This document shows, in pieces, positions 9,084 to 19,698 of a DNA stretch of 47,511 bases. The notes beneath the pieces were generated by a model, which was not told the DNA's origin, searched no databases, and saw nothing but the letters and a program-made list of their open reading frames with translations. The stretch is from a virus (lineage: Duplodnaviria; Heunggongvirae; Uroviricota; Caudoviricetes): the IMG/VR virus record IMGVR_UViG_2541047920_000001. The stretch is one strand, 5' to 3'. The position numbers and the translations under genes are program-made. Position 1 is the stretch's first letter. Every line of letters begins with the position of its first letter.

Positions 9084-9313
9084 GTACATCGGCTACCATT
9101 CTCGACATGTGCTGTGGCAGTCGCATGCTCTGGTTCGATAAGAATGACGAATGGTCGATATTTAGCGATATCAGGAAAGAGGAACATTCGCTATGTGATG
9201 GACGTCACCCGATTATTAATCCCGACATTATCGCTGATTTTCGTGCGCTGCCGTGGTTGTCTGCTTTGCATCAAAAGCAGACATTACCAGATTTAGACAT
9301 CTGTTTCCGATAG
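9080..9313 (+). CDS. Small ORF with class-I methyltransferase motif-I-like N-terminus (possible gene remnant)
   Basis: 77 aa from GTG (GGGAGG RBS); sequence …[14 protein letters not shown]… resembles a SAM-binding motif I but the ORF is far too short for a methyltransferase. Confidence 0.3.
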   Translation: MSTSATILDMCCGSRMLWFDKNDEWSIFSDIRKEEHSLCDGRHPIINPDIIADFRALPWLSALHQKQTLPDLDICFR

Positions 9314-9366
9314 CCCGTTCTGATGCTACACTTTTTGCTATTTTCATGAACCTCATAAACACATTT

Positions 9367-10032
9367 ATGACTGTTGCTGATTTCAAACGCCCCAAATTGG
9401 AGCTCCCAAACGGGGCAAAAAAACTATTACTGCACTCTTGCTGTGCTCCATGTTCCGGTGAAGTGATGGAGGCGCTTCAGGCCTCGGGAATCGACTACAC
9501 CATCTTTTTCTACAACCCGAACATTCATCCTCAGAAAGAGTATTTAATTCGTAAGGATGAGAATATTCGCTTTGCTAAACAACACGGCGTGCCATTTATT
9601 GATGCTGATTACGACACAGACAACTGGTTTGAGCGAGCCAAAGGAATGGAATGGGAGCCTGAACGAGGGATCCGTTGTACCATGTGTTTTGACATGCGTT
9701 TTGAGCGGACTGCACTGTATGCCGCTGAAAATGGTTTCAGTGTGATCAGTAGCTCACTGGGCATTTCACGCTGGAAAAATATGCAGCAGGTTAACGACTG
9801 TGGACGGCGAGCCGTCGCGCATTATCCGGGCATGGTGTACTGGGATTATAACTGGCGAAAACAGGGCGGCTCTTCCCGCATGATTGAAATCAGCAAGCGC
9901 GAACAATTCTATCAGCAGGAATATTGTGGCTGCGTGTATTCACTGCGCGATACCAATCTACACCGCAAATCTCAGGGACGCCCTCTAATCAAAATTGGTC
10001 AACTGCACTACGGTAAGGAAGGACAGGAATGA
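9367..10032 (+). CDS. queH: QueH-like (DUF208) epoxyqueuosine reductase homologue
   Basis: N-terminal …[14 protein letters not shown]… and later …RCTMCF… and …EYCGCVYS… cysteine motifs that I recognise as the QueH/DUF208 signature; about 221 aa (alternative start 9346). Confidence 0.65.
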   Translation: MTVADFKRPKLELPNGAKKLLLHSCCAPCSGEVMEALQASGIDYTIFFYNPNIHPQKEYLIRKDENIRFAKQHGVPFIDADYDTDNWFERAKGMEWEPERGIRCTMCFDMRFERTALYAAENGFSVISSSLGISRWKNMQQVNDCGRRAVAHYPGMVYWDYNWRKQGGSSRMIEISKREQFYQQEYCGCVYSLRDTNLHRKSQGRPLIKIGQLHYGKEGQE

Positions 10033-10644
10033 TTTTATATTATGCCAACGGAGCGTAGCAGTGTTTCTATATATAGTACGCCTACCTTAATTTTCAAATA
10101 ATCATGATTAATGAGCAGGTCATCAGTGCAAGCAATGACCTGCTCATCTTGTTGAAATTAGAGGAAATCTTGCAGCCATGATATGGCTTAAAATAACGTT
10201 TGATTATTTTACCTGCTGTTTGTCCCTGGTTTAAAGTCGGTTGTCTGATTTGATTACGCGCAACTGACGCTTACGTATTGAAGTAACGAGCACGAAGACA
10301 CATATTTATCAGTGCCTGTATACGTCAAGAGCAGGAGATTTATGTGCTGGTTCTCAAATGCACGCTGGCTATTGTGGCTGTAATGGCAATTTATTGTCTT
10401 GTTATTGTTCTTATGGATCACCTTTCTGATTGATTTCATATTGGCGAGGTAGCGGTAGTTAAGTAGAATGGCTGCGGGTGCTTGAGGCTATCTGCCTCGG
10501 GCATGAACACCAACGGCAGATAGAGAAAAGCCCCAGTTAACATTACGCGTCCTGCAAGACGCTTAACATTAATCTGAGGCCAATTTCATGCTAGACACAT
10601 GTAGGTTAGCCTCTTACGTGCCGGAAGGCAAGGAGAAGCAGGCT

Positions 10645-10800
10645 ATGAAGCAGCAAAAGGCGATGTTAATCGCCCTGATCGTCATCTGTTTAACCGTCAT
10701 AGTGACGGCACTGGTAACGAGGAAAGACCTCTGCGAGGTACGAATCCGAACCGGCCAGACGGAGGTCGCTGTCTTCACAGCTTACGAACCTGAGGAGTAA
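10645..10800 (+). CDS. hokD: Hok/Gef family membrane toxin (HokD/RelF-like)
   Basis: 51-aa product MKQQKAMLIALIVICLTVIVTALVTRKDLCEVRIRTGQTEVAVFTAYEPEE; RBS GGAGAAG; an in-frame upstream extension gives the listed ORF 10588..10800. Confidence 0.85.
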   Translation: MKQQKAMLIALIVICLTVIVTALVTRKDLCEVRIRTGQTEVAVFTAYEPEE

Positions 10801-10870
10801 GAGACTAGGCGGGGGAGAAATCCCTCGCCACCTCTGATGAGTCAGGCATCCTCAATGCACCCGCGCTTAA

Positions 10871-10889
10871 CCCGCTTCGGCGGGTTTTT
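10871..10889 (+). terminator. Rho-independent terminator downstream of hok
   Basis: CCCGC-TTCG-GCGGG hairpin followed by TTTTT. Confidence 0.7.
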
Positions 10890-10966
10890 CTAGCATCTAT
10901 CTGGTTGACAAAGTCGATGTTAAATGGAAATATGGTTGACACCAAAACAACAAGGATATTACGGTC

Positions 10967-11581
10967 ATGCAGAATTTATCTCAACAGTTGTTAGAAGCAT
11001 ATGACAAGGAGTGCCGCAAAGAGCTTTCGATCGCGTTAGCACAGGCTTATCTTCATTCGCATATGAAGGCAAAAGAGTTTGGTTCTTTTTGGGCTCAAGC
11101 ACAGTCATATTTGCGCTGGTTTTATGCCGATGCATTGCTTGAGAATGCGGCTAAGCGTGTGGGGCTGGATTTTGAAGTCGGTAGCAATGCTGCTAAAAAT
11201 TGTAAACACATTGCGATTCACTCGAACAACTGGAAAATGACGGCACATCATTTATCGGGTAATGCGCCACTTCCTAAGCAGGCATTGTATAGAGCTGTTT
11301 ACGCTAATCAAAATTATGAATTGAATTTTGGGGATGAAAATGCCGACTCCCTGGATGGGAGAGCGTCTGGTGGACATGTTTATATGTTACATGATGGCAG
11401 TAATCAGCACTTGTCCAAACTGAATTTAACTGTTCCTTCTTCGGATAATTACGGGATTCTTTATACTGAGTCTTTACCAATTATGACGATGGTAGAAGTT
11501 GAAGCAGAAAATGTGGATTCTGAGATTGAAGATAAAATCAAGATTCTTACCGAACAAATAATTAAATCACAGCAATCATGA
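10967..11581 (+). CDS. Hypothetical protein, upstream partner of the HTH-ImmA/IrrE gene (candidate effector)
   Basis: 204-aa ORF with no motif I recognise; stop overlaps the start of the next gene (ATGA), implying translational coupling; lower GC than flanks by eye. Confidence 0.6.
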   Translation: MQNLSQQLLEAYDKECRKELSIALAQAYLHSHMKAKEFGSFWAQAQSYLRWFYADALLENAAKRVGLDFEVGSNAAKNCKHIAIHSNNWKMTAHHLSGNAPLPKQALYRAVYANQNYELNFGDENADSLDGRASGGHVYMLHDGSNQHLSKLNLTVPSSDNYGILYTESLPIMTMVEVEAENVDSEIEDKIKILTEQIIKSQQS

Positions 11582-12723
11582 GCATGAATATCGCACAAAC
11601 ACCATTTACTGATAAATCGTTTAATCCTCGTCGCCTTGAGGAGGCAAGAGAGGCAAAAGGGTTGACGATGGCTGAACTTGCCAGAGTGCTCAATATTTCA
11701 AGACAAGCTATTTCGTCATTTGAGAAGGGGTTGAAGTCTCCCTCTGCTGATACACTTTCTGCAATAGCCAAGGTGTTAGGATTTCCAGAACGATTTTTCT
11801 TAGCCTCCAGTGCTTCTCCATCTCTGGAGGGGGCGATTCATTTTAGAAGTCGTTCAACTGCGACCAAAAAGGCTCGAGTTACAGGGAAAACACGTGGGCG
11901 TTGGGCGGCATTAATATTGGATGAATGTCTAAAATATGCTCAATTACCAGATGTGGTTCTGCCTGAATTCGATATTATTGATTTTGAGGTTCTGTCTCTA
12001 TCTGATATTGAGGATATGTCCACCCAATTAAGGCGTTTTTGGGGGTTAGGTGATGGTCCAATACTCAATTTAACTAGACTTGTTGAAAATAAAGGAATCG
12101 TGGTTTCTCATTTACCTTCTGGTGAGAAAGTTGATGCCTTTTCGTTCTGGCATAATGGGCGGCCTTTAATTATGTTAGATAGCTCGAAGACGGCTGTTCG
12201 CATGCGATTTAGTCTTGCTCATGAACTTGGCCATTTAATTATGCATAGGGCAGTGGAGGATGACTACCTGAATGATAAAGAATTATTCGACCTGGTGGAG
12301 TTGCAGGCCGATTATTTTGCCTCCAGCTTTTTAATGCCAGCCACCACTTTCGGGCGTGAATTTTATAGTCCAAATTTATCAGCGTTAGAACGATTAAAAC
12401 TACGTTGGATTACATCTATCGGTAGTATTGCCATGAGGAGTCATAGCCTTAAGTTAATCAGCGATAATCAGAAAAGCTATATATTTAAGCAATTAGCGCC
12501 ATTCCATCGTAGGGAGCCGTTAGATGATGCAATCCCAAAAGAAGAGCCTGAGTTACTTAATAAGTTACTTTTACTTCTTGATAAGCATTCAATCATAAAG
12601 GTAACTGAGTTAACTGATATCTTTGCTCTTCCCTTAAATGAGTTATCTGCAATTACACGATTTAAAGAATCAGATATGATTCATTCTGACAATGTTATTT
12701 CATTTACCATAAAACAAAAATAA
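11578..12723 (+). CDS. HTH-XRE DNA-binding domain fused to ImmA/IrrE-family zinc metallopeptidase (DUF955-like) with C-terminal extension
   Basis: 381 aa; N-terminal HTH (…LTMAELARVLNISRQAISSFEKG…); HEXXH motif in …SLAHELGHLIMH…; low-GC region ending in a terminator. Confidence 0.8.
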   Translation: MSMNIAQTPFTDKSFNPRRLEEAREAKGLTMAELARVLNISRQAISSFEKGLKSPSADTLSAIAKVLGFPERFFLASSASPSLEGAIHFRSRSTATKKARVTGKTRGRWAALILDECLKYAQLPDVVLPEFDIIDFEVLSLSDIEDMSTQLRRFWGLGDGPILNLTRLVENKGIVVSHLPSGEKVDAFSFWHNGRPLIMLDSSKTAVRMRFSLAHELGHLIMHRAVEDDYLNDKELFDLVELQADYFASSFLMPATTFGREFYSPNLSALERLKLRWITSIGSIAMRSHSLKLISDNQKSYIFKQLAPFHRREPLDDAIPKEEPELLNKLLLLLDKHSIIKVTELTDIFALPLNELSAITRFKESDMIHSDNVISFTIKQK

Positions 12724-12735
12724 TTCTCATTCATA

Positions 12736-12755
12736 CCCGCCTCGGCGGGTTTTTG
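12736..12755 (+). terminator. Rho-independent terminator after the two-gene cassette
   Basis: CCCGCC-TC-GGCGGG hairpin plus TTTTTG. Confidence 0.7.
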
Positions 12756-12829
12756 TTTTACGTATTCTGGTTTACAATCCACAGGCCAGCCTGAACAACT
12801 GGCACCTGCTGCGCCAGCAGAGACAACCG

Positions 12830-13108
12830 ATGGCGCACGATACCAAATTACACAATTCTGATGATTCTGCCGTCTTTGCCAGCAGGCACGGGCGGCGCTC
12901 TCACGCATTTAAATCTGATTGGTACCAGCATCCCCCATGCACTGAAGAACAGGCCGAATGGCTGATTCATTCTTACCGCAGGCGCGGGTTCGAGGTTAAG
13001 AAAGCTCTCAGTCTCGACTATCGGCACTGGATAATCTCTGTCAGGCTGCCTTATTCCGAACGCCCACCACGTGCGTCCCGCACTTTCCAGCAACGGATCT
13101 GGAGGTAA
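12830..13108 (+). CDS. Rem-like small protein
   Basis: 92-aa ORF immediately upstream of the ydfU-like gene; TAA stop two bases before the GTG start of the next gene. Confidence 0.45.
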   Translation: MAHDTKLHNSDDSAVFASRHGRRSHAFKSDWYQHPPCTEEQAEWLIHSYRRRGFEVKKALSLDYRHWIISVRLPYSERPPRASRTFQQRIWR

Positions 13109-13109
13109 C

Positions 13110-14159
13110 GTGCGGGTATTACTTAGACCTGTTCTGGTGCCAGAGCTTGGGCTGGTGGTCCTTAAACTAGGCCGTGAATCCATGCCGGTATTCCACAATA
13201 CCCGGGTACTGGTGGAGCCGGAACCGAAAAGCATGCGTAATCTGCCGTCCGGGGTCGTTCCTGCCGTTCGCCAGCCGCTGGTGGAAGACAAAACATTGCT
13301 GCCGTTTTTCAGTAACGCACGGGTGATTCGTGCTGCTGGTGGTGCTGGTGCATTGTCTGACTGGCTGTTGCGCCATATTAAATCCTGCCAGTGGCCGCAC
13401 GGCGATTATCATCACAGCGAAACCGTCATTCACCGTTATGGTACCGGCGCAATGGTGTTGTGCTGGCACTGCGACAACCAACTGCGTGACCAGACATCCG
13501 AATCACTCGAGCAACTTGCTCATCAAAACCTGTCAGCATGGATGATTGACGTCATCGGTCACGCAATAAGCGGTACGCAGGAGCGTGAATTATCTCTGGC
13601 TGAATTATCCTGGTGGGCGCTCCGCAATCAGGTGGCGGACGCGCTACCGGAAGCGGTATTACGTCGTTCGCTGGGATTACCAGCGGAAAAAATCTGCTCG
13701 GTGTACCGCGAGAGCGACATCGTACCGGGAGAGCAGACCGCCACCAGCATATTGAAACAACGCACAAAAAATCTTGCACCGTTGCCTTACGCCCACCAGC
13801 AACAAAAACCACCACAGGAAAAGACGGTGGTAAGCATCACCGTTGATCCAGAGTCTCCGGAATCTTTCATGAAGCTGCCTAAACGTCGCCGCTGGGTTAA
13901 GGAGAAATACACACGTTGGGTTAAGACACAGCCGTGTGCTTGCTGCGGTATGCCAGCCGACGATCCGCATCATCTGATTGGTCACGGGCAGGGCGGAATG
14001 GGAACAAAAGCACATGATCTCTTTGTGTTGCCTTTGTGCAGAAAGCATCACAACGAGCTGCATACGGATACAGTGGCATTTGAAGAGAAGTATGGCTCCC
14101 AACTGGAGCTGATATTTCGTTTTATCGATCGCGCGCTGGCAATTGGCGTACTGGCGTAA
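13110..14159 (+). CDS. YdfU-like DUF968 protein
   Basis: GTG start with GGAGG RBS gives 349 aa; C-terminal cysteine/histidine cluster (…QPCACCG…DPHHLIGHG…CRKHHNELH…) typical of DUF968. Confidence 0.6.
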   Translation: MRVLLRPVLVPELGLVVLKLGRESMPVFHNTRVLVEPEPKSMRNLPSGVVPAVRQPLVEDKTLLPFFSNARVIRAAGGAGALSDWLLRHIKSCQWPHGDYHHSETVIHRYGTGAMVLCWHCDNQLRDQTSESLEQLAHQNLSAWMIDVIGHAISGTQERELSLAELSWWALRNQVADALPEAVLRRSLGLPAEKICSVYRESDIVPGEQTATSILKQRTKNLAPLPYAHQQQKPPQEKTVVSITVDPESPESFMKLPKRRRWVKEKYTRWVKTQPCACCGMPADDPHHLIGHGQGGMGTKAHDLFVLPLCRKHHNELHTDTVAFEEKYGSQLELIFRFIDRALAIGVLA

Positions 14160-14172
14160 GTGGATAACGAGC

Positions 14173-14925
14173 ATGAACCTTGAAGCCTTACCGAAATATT
14201 ACTCCCCGAAATCTCCAAAACTGAGCGATGACGCACCGGCGACAGGCTCTGGTGGTTTAACAATTACGGATGTAATGGCAGCGCAGGGGATGGTGCAGTC
14301 GAAAGCACCACTTGGGTTGGCCTTATTTCTGGCAAAAGTTGGTGTTCAGGACCCTCAGTTTGCGATTGAAGGCCTGCTAAATTACGCGATGGCACTGGAT
14401 AACCCGACATTGAACAAATTGAGTGAAGAAATCCGGTTACAGATTATTCCTTACCTCGTGAGTTTTGCCTTTGCTGATTACTCCAGGTCTGCGGCAAGTA
14501 AGGCTCGCTGTGAGCATTGTTCAGGTACGGGATTTTATAATGTATTGCGCGAAGTGGTGAAACACTACAGACGCGGGGAATCTGTAATCAAGGAAGAATG
14601 GGTGAAGGAACTATGTCAGCATTGCCATGGTAAGGGCGAAGTCAGCACAGCGTGCAGAGGGTGTAAGGGTAAAGGGATTGTTCTGGATGAAAAAAGAACC
14701 CGGTTTCATGGCGTACCGGTATATAAGATTTGTGGGCGTTGTAATGGAAACCGGTTTAGTCGTTTACCGACCACGCTGGCACGACGTCATGTCCAGAAGC
14801 TGGTACCAGACCTGACCGATTATCAGTGGTATAAGGGGTATGCGGACGTCATTGATAAACTGGTAACAAAGTGCTGGCAGGAAGAAGCATACGCGGAAGC
14901 GCAATTGAGGAAGGTGACGAGATAA
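14173..14925 (+). CDS. Late-gene antiterminator Q-like protein
   Basis: 250 aa from MNLEALP; multiple CxxC zinc-finger motifs ([31 protein letters not shown]); followed by a promoter/terminator unit. Confidence 0.7.
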   Translation: MNLEALPKYYSPKSPKLSDDAPATGSGGLTITDVMAAQGMVQSKAPLGLALFLAKVGVQDPQFAIEGLLNYAMALDNPTLNKLSEEIRLQIIPYLVSFAFADYSRSAASKARCEHCSGTGFYNVLREVVKHYRRGESVIKEEWVKELCQHCHGKGEVSTACRGCKGKGIVLDEKRTRFHGVPVYKICGRCNGNRFSRLPTTLARRHVQKLVPDLTDYQWYKGYADVIDKLVTKCWQEEAYAEAQLRKVTR

Positions 14926-14956
14926 ATGATTTTTGCTGAAGATGGCGACATGATGT

Positions 14957-14985
14957 TTGCATTTTTCAAAAAACATGGATAAGAT
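14957..14985 (+). promoter_or_regulatory. Candidate late promoter (pR'-like)
   Basis: TTGCAT (14957-14962) and TAAGAT (14980-14985) with 17-bp spacing, about 30 bp after the Q stop and about 50-70 bp before a strong terminator. Confidence 0.3.
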
Positions 14986-15032
14986 TTTCTCAACGATGGG
15001 CTTTGTGTATCCGACGTTTAGAAAAAAGTAGA

Positions 15033-15057
15033 AAACCCGCTGATAAGCGGGTTTTTG
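15033..15057 (+). terminator. Rho-independent terminator (tR'-like) downstream of Q
   Basis: AAACCCGC-TGATAA-GCGGGTTTTT hairpin. Confidence 0.65.
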
Positions 15058-15600
15058 TGCTTTAAATGGGGCAATAGAGATATTGAATCTCATCCCGGGA
15101 TAAACATTGGGAGTTGAAGGTCCACGCGAACCATTTATCCGGCAAAATTCCACGCGTAATCCTGTGGTAATTTCTTCTGCATCTCGAAGATTGAGAGCTG
15201 AAACGTGAAGCTGGGCATCGATACGCCATCGGATGGGAATATAAGACCTTTGCTGCTTTTGTAGTCAAAGTTTTTGACAATTCCTGTCATTTTAGGGGAC
15301 AGAAAAACTCCTTAATACTGATAACCTGGTGCACCATACACACGTTCCTGGAGAAAACTACTTTGTTGATAGGGTTGAAGGTGGCTGGATGTCTAAAATA
15401 AACATTGCTTCATATGTTCAACTATGAGTTAATGACTGCGTCGGTTTGAAGAACAGACGATATACGAAGTAGTTTACTAAAGCAGTTCTCATTTCAGGTG
15501 TTATTCACTTATTCCTTCTTTGAGTCTCTCCAATTAAGTACGAAGTCGTTTCTGTTATGCAAACCATTTATGCCGAAAGGCTCAAGTTAAGGAATGTAGA

Positions 15601-15816
15601 ATGTCAAATAAAATGACTGGTTTAGTAAAATGGTTTAACGCTGATAAAGGTTTCGGCTTTATTTCTCCTGTTGATGGTAGTAAAGATGTGTTTGTGCATT
15701 TTTCTGCGATTCAGAATGATAATTATCGAACCTTATTTGAAGGTCAAAAGGTTACCTTCTCTATAGAGAGTGGTGCTAAAGGTCCTGCAGCAGTAAATGT
15801 CATCATTACTGATTAA
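15601..15816 (+). CDS. cspB: Cold-shock protein, CspA family (CspB-like)
   Basis: 71-aa product [23 protein letters not shown]… with RNP1-like KGFGFI and VFVHF motifs; long 5' leader. Confidence 0.85.
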   Translation: MSNKMTGLVKWFNADKGFGFISPVDGSKDVFVHFSAIQNDNYRTLFEGQKVTFSIESGAKGPAAVNVIITD

Positions 15817-16097
15817 AATTCATCGCTCGTCTGTATACGATAACGAAGAAGGCTGATGCCTGAGTAGAGATACGGACAGAGTAGTGAATATTGGATCTCT
15901 TTAATAAAAAGTAAGGAGGTCCAATACATGAAACAATGGCCAGCATATTTGGCAAAATCTTAATCAGGAAAAGTATGCTAACCATTGTGGTGAAGTGCAG
16001 GTTTGCTGCATGAATAGTTTTACAGCAGAAGCTAACTGCTGGCATGGCAAAACAAAGTGCGTAAGTGGATGACTCCCACAAAAAGCACCACAATCTC

Positions 16098-16120
16098 AAA
16101 CCCGCTCAGGCGGGTTTTTT
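16098..16120. terminator. Rho-independent (possibly bidirectional) terminator between cspB-like gene and convergent small gene
   Basis: AAACCCGC-TCAG-GCGGGTTTTTT. Confidence 0.6.
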
Positions 16121-16179
16121 ATTATCTGCTTTAAATATATTATTAAAATATAAAAAATACTTGTTACTAATAAAATCAA

Positions 16180-16350
16180 TCAGGCTACAGCTTTAAGATT
16201 TGTCTGGAATACTTTGTTGCAATGAGGGCAGATCAAAAGGGCACCTTTTTGTACTCTTGAAAAACTGTGTTCTGACTCTTGGGTGCAGTTTGGGCAGGAA
16301 CATTTAACGAGATAATTACGGCGTGATTTTGAGTCTTTACGTTCTGACAT
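16180..16350 (-). CDS. Small zinc-ribbon protein (hypothetical)
   Basis: 56 aa from MSERKDSK; two CxxC pairs (CSCPNC, CPHC). Confidence 0.45.
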   Translation of the reverse strand: MSERKDSKSRRNYLVKCSCPNCTQESEHSFSRVQKGALLICPHCNKVFQTNLKAVA

Positions 16351-16569
16351 AGGCTTTTCCTGTATAAATGGCCGTATACAGTACACTAAATATGAAAACA
16401 TTTCTCGTATTATTATTTTATATATAACTTTCTTTCAAAATAATTACTCACATTTTTAATGTGTATGTTTCTTTAGCGCCGTTGAGAACAACGTGTGCTG
16501 TCAAAACTACCCCGTAGACTCCGATCTTTTCAAACATATTGCACCATCCGTGTACATCGGGGTGAGGAT

Positions 16570-16785
16570 ATGAAATCAATGGATAAGTTAACAACAGGTG
16601 TTGCCTATGGCACATCGGCGGGTAATGCTGGTTTCTGGGCATTGCAGTTACTCGATAAAGTAACTCCGTCACAGTGGGCTGCAATCGGTGTGCTGGGTAG
16701 CCTGGTTTTTGGCCTGCTGACGTATCTGACAAATCTTTATTTCAAGATTAAAGAAGACAGGCGTAAGGCTGCGAGAGGAGAGTAA
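16570..16785 (+). CDS. Class II holin (S21/EssD-like) with dual-start MKSM motif
   Basis: 71 aa; two predicted TM segments; N-terminal MKSMDK dual start; first gene of the lysis cassette. Confidence 0.8.
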   Translation: MKSMDKLTTGVAYGTSAGNAGFWALQLLDKVTPSQWAAIGVLGSLVFGLLTYLTNLYFKIKEDRRKAARGE

Positions 16786-16789
16786 TCCA

Positions 16790-17097
16790 ATGACTCAAGA
16801 CTATGAACTGGTTGTGAAAGGAGTCCGTAATTTTGAGAATAAAGTTACGGTAACTGTAGCCTTACAGGACAAAGAACGCTTTGACGGTGAAATTTTTGGC
16901 CTGGATGTCGCCATGGACCGTGTTGAAGGAGCTGCGCTGGAGTTTTATGAGGCAGCAGCCAGAAGGAGCGTCCGGCAAGTCTTCCTGGAAGTAGCAGAAA
17001 AATTGTCAGAAAAAGTTGAGTCTTATCTGCAGCATCAGTACTCCTTTAAGATTGAAAATCCTGCCAATAAGCACGAGCGTCCTCATCATAAATATAT

Positions 17098-17101
<4 letters not shown>
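16790..17101 (+). CDS. YdfR-like protein (DUF1327) in lysis cassette
   Basis: 103-aa ORF between holin and endolysin. Confidence 0.6.
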
Positions 17102-18125
<1,024 letters not shown>

Positions 18126-18487
18126 GGTAATATTAAATCGGAACATTTACATCGCGGAATGTAAAATTTAAATAAAAAGGACTCTTCCATGAGCCAAAAT
18201 TCCTGAAATCTTAAGGGTAAGATAAAAGGTCTTAATCAGAATGACACGTTTTATTAATAAATAAAGCTATTCTTTCATTGCTGTGTTTTTCTTTACAAAA
18301 GTAATCCTTGCTATGGGTGGTTAATCATGCGTTAATGGTGTTCTGGTTTGTTACAAATTTATCTGAAGCAGTCATTGTTATAATTTTATTATTTGTACCT
18401 CTTGAGATTTCCTTGTTGGTTTTTCTCTCTGATATTTTTTTTCGGACCATTCTGCCCAAGGGCTAATTTCTTCAAAAGGTAATAATT

Positions 18488-18700
18488 ATGTCTAACAAAA
18501 TGACTGGTTTAGTGAAATGGTTTAACCCTGAAAAAGGTTTTGGTTTCATCACGCCGAAAGATGGCAGCAAAGATGTGTTTGTCCATTTCTCAGCAATTCA
18601 GAGCAACGATTTCAAAACATTAACTGAGAATCAGGAAGTTGAATTTGGTATTGAGAACGGACCTAAAGGTCCTGCCGCTGTTCATGTAGTGGCGCTTTGA
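18488..18700 (+). CDS. cspI: Cold-shock protein, CspA family (CspI-like)
   Basis: 70-aa product [39 protein letters not shown]…; long AT-rich leader. Confidence 0.85.
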   Translation: MSNKMTGLVKWFNPEKGFGFITPKDGSKDVFVHFSAIQSNDFKTLTENQEVEFGIENGPKGPAAVHVVAL

Positions 18701-18971
18701 GGTAGACAATATTACAAACCATATTCACTTTAGATGCCCGTGTTGTCATGGTTCCCAGTATAGAACATCATCTTTTGATGTTTCTGACATGAATCCTTTC
18801 GGGGCAAAATGTATCTTTTGTAAATCAATGATGATTACATTTGATAATATTTCACAATACTTAAATGCCAGCCGTCTGTCGTTGGATTTAAAAAAGTGAA
18901 AATGAAGGCTCCTTCGGGAGCTTTTTTGCTTGGTATCTATTCGATGGATACTCACATACTACGGTAACATC

Positions 18972-19202
18972 ATGAAAAAAATCATAGTTTTTTTTAACTC
19001 TGAACCAGCAGTGGTAGTGCCAGCGATGACTGGAGTTAACACCATCATGCGTGAATATCCAAATGGCGAAAAAACACACCTTACTGTAATGGCCGCAGGG
19101 TTTCCATCTCTGACCGGAGATCATAAAGTCATTTATGTAGCCGCGGATCGACATGTTACTTCAGAAGAAATTCTGGAAGCAGCAATAAGGCTCTTGAGTT
19201 GA
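18972..19202 (+). CDS. Hypothetical small protein
   Basis: 76 aa from MKKIIVFF…; weak RBS. Confidence 0.35.
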   Translation: MKKIIVFFNSEPAVVVPAMTGVNTIMREYPNGEKTHLTVMAAGFPSLTGDHKVIYVAADRHVTSEEILEAAIRLLS

Positions 19203-19370
19203 TTTGATGCTATTGTATTGATAATTCAGGAAAATTCTCTTTGTCTGTTTGTGTAAAATTTAGACTATCGTATGTTGATTATTGCGATGTTTCATCTTAT
19301 CTTTTACACGTTTGCACCATATAATCGACTTACTGTGTAACTGGAAAGTCATAACAGACTAAAAGAGGAA

Positions 19371-19547
19371 ATGATGAATATTGAAAACTTAAAAACAAAA
19401 GCAGAAGCAGATATTTCTGAATATATAACAAAAAAAATTATTGAACTTAAGAAAAAGACCGGGAAAGAAGTTACCAGTATTCAGTTTACCGCACGGGAAA
19501 AAATGACGGGTCTTGAAAGCTATGATGTCAAGATTAATTTAATCTGA
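19371..19547 (+). CDS. gnsB: GnsA/GnsB-family small protein
   Basis: 58-aa ORF (below the 60-aa ORF-track cutoff) MMNIENLKTKAEADISEYITKKIIELKKKTGKEVTSIQFTAREKMTGLESYDVKINLI; RBS AAGAGGAA. Confidence 0.65.
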   Translation: MMNIENLKTKAEADISEYITKKIIELKKKTGKEVTSIQFTAREKMTGLESYDVKINLI

Positions 19548-19698
19548 TGTATTCAATAATAAAATTTATCCATAAACCTCGTTTTTACGGGGTTTTGTTA
19601 TATTTGAATGGTTCCGAATATCTAAATCACAATTGTTGATGGTTTTTATTAAACCAATGCAGTCCGGCTCAGGAGTGAGAGAAGCCGGACGTTATGGT

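Noticed and set aside
10112-10145. 11-bp perfect inverted repeat (GAGCAGGTCAT … ATGACCTGCTC) downstream of the queH-like gene
   Set aside because: Forms a good hairpin but lacks a convincing T-tract, so I did not call it a terminator; it could also be a protein-binding palindrome, and I cannot assign a function.
12848-13481. 147-aa and 104-aa minus-strand ORFs
   Set aside because: Antisense to the rem-like and ydfU-like genes; the sense-strand genes have RBSs and expected lengths.
15062-15280. 72-aa minus-strand ORF overlapping the tR'-like terminator
   Set aside because: Overlaps a strong terminator and the cspB leader; no RBS; likely non-coding.
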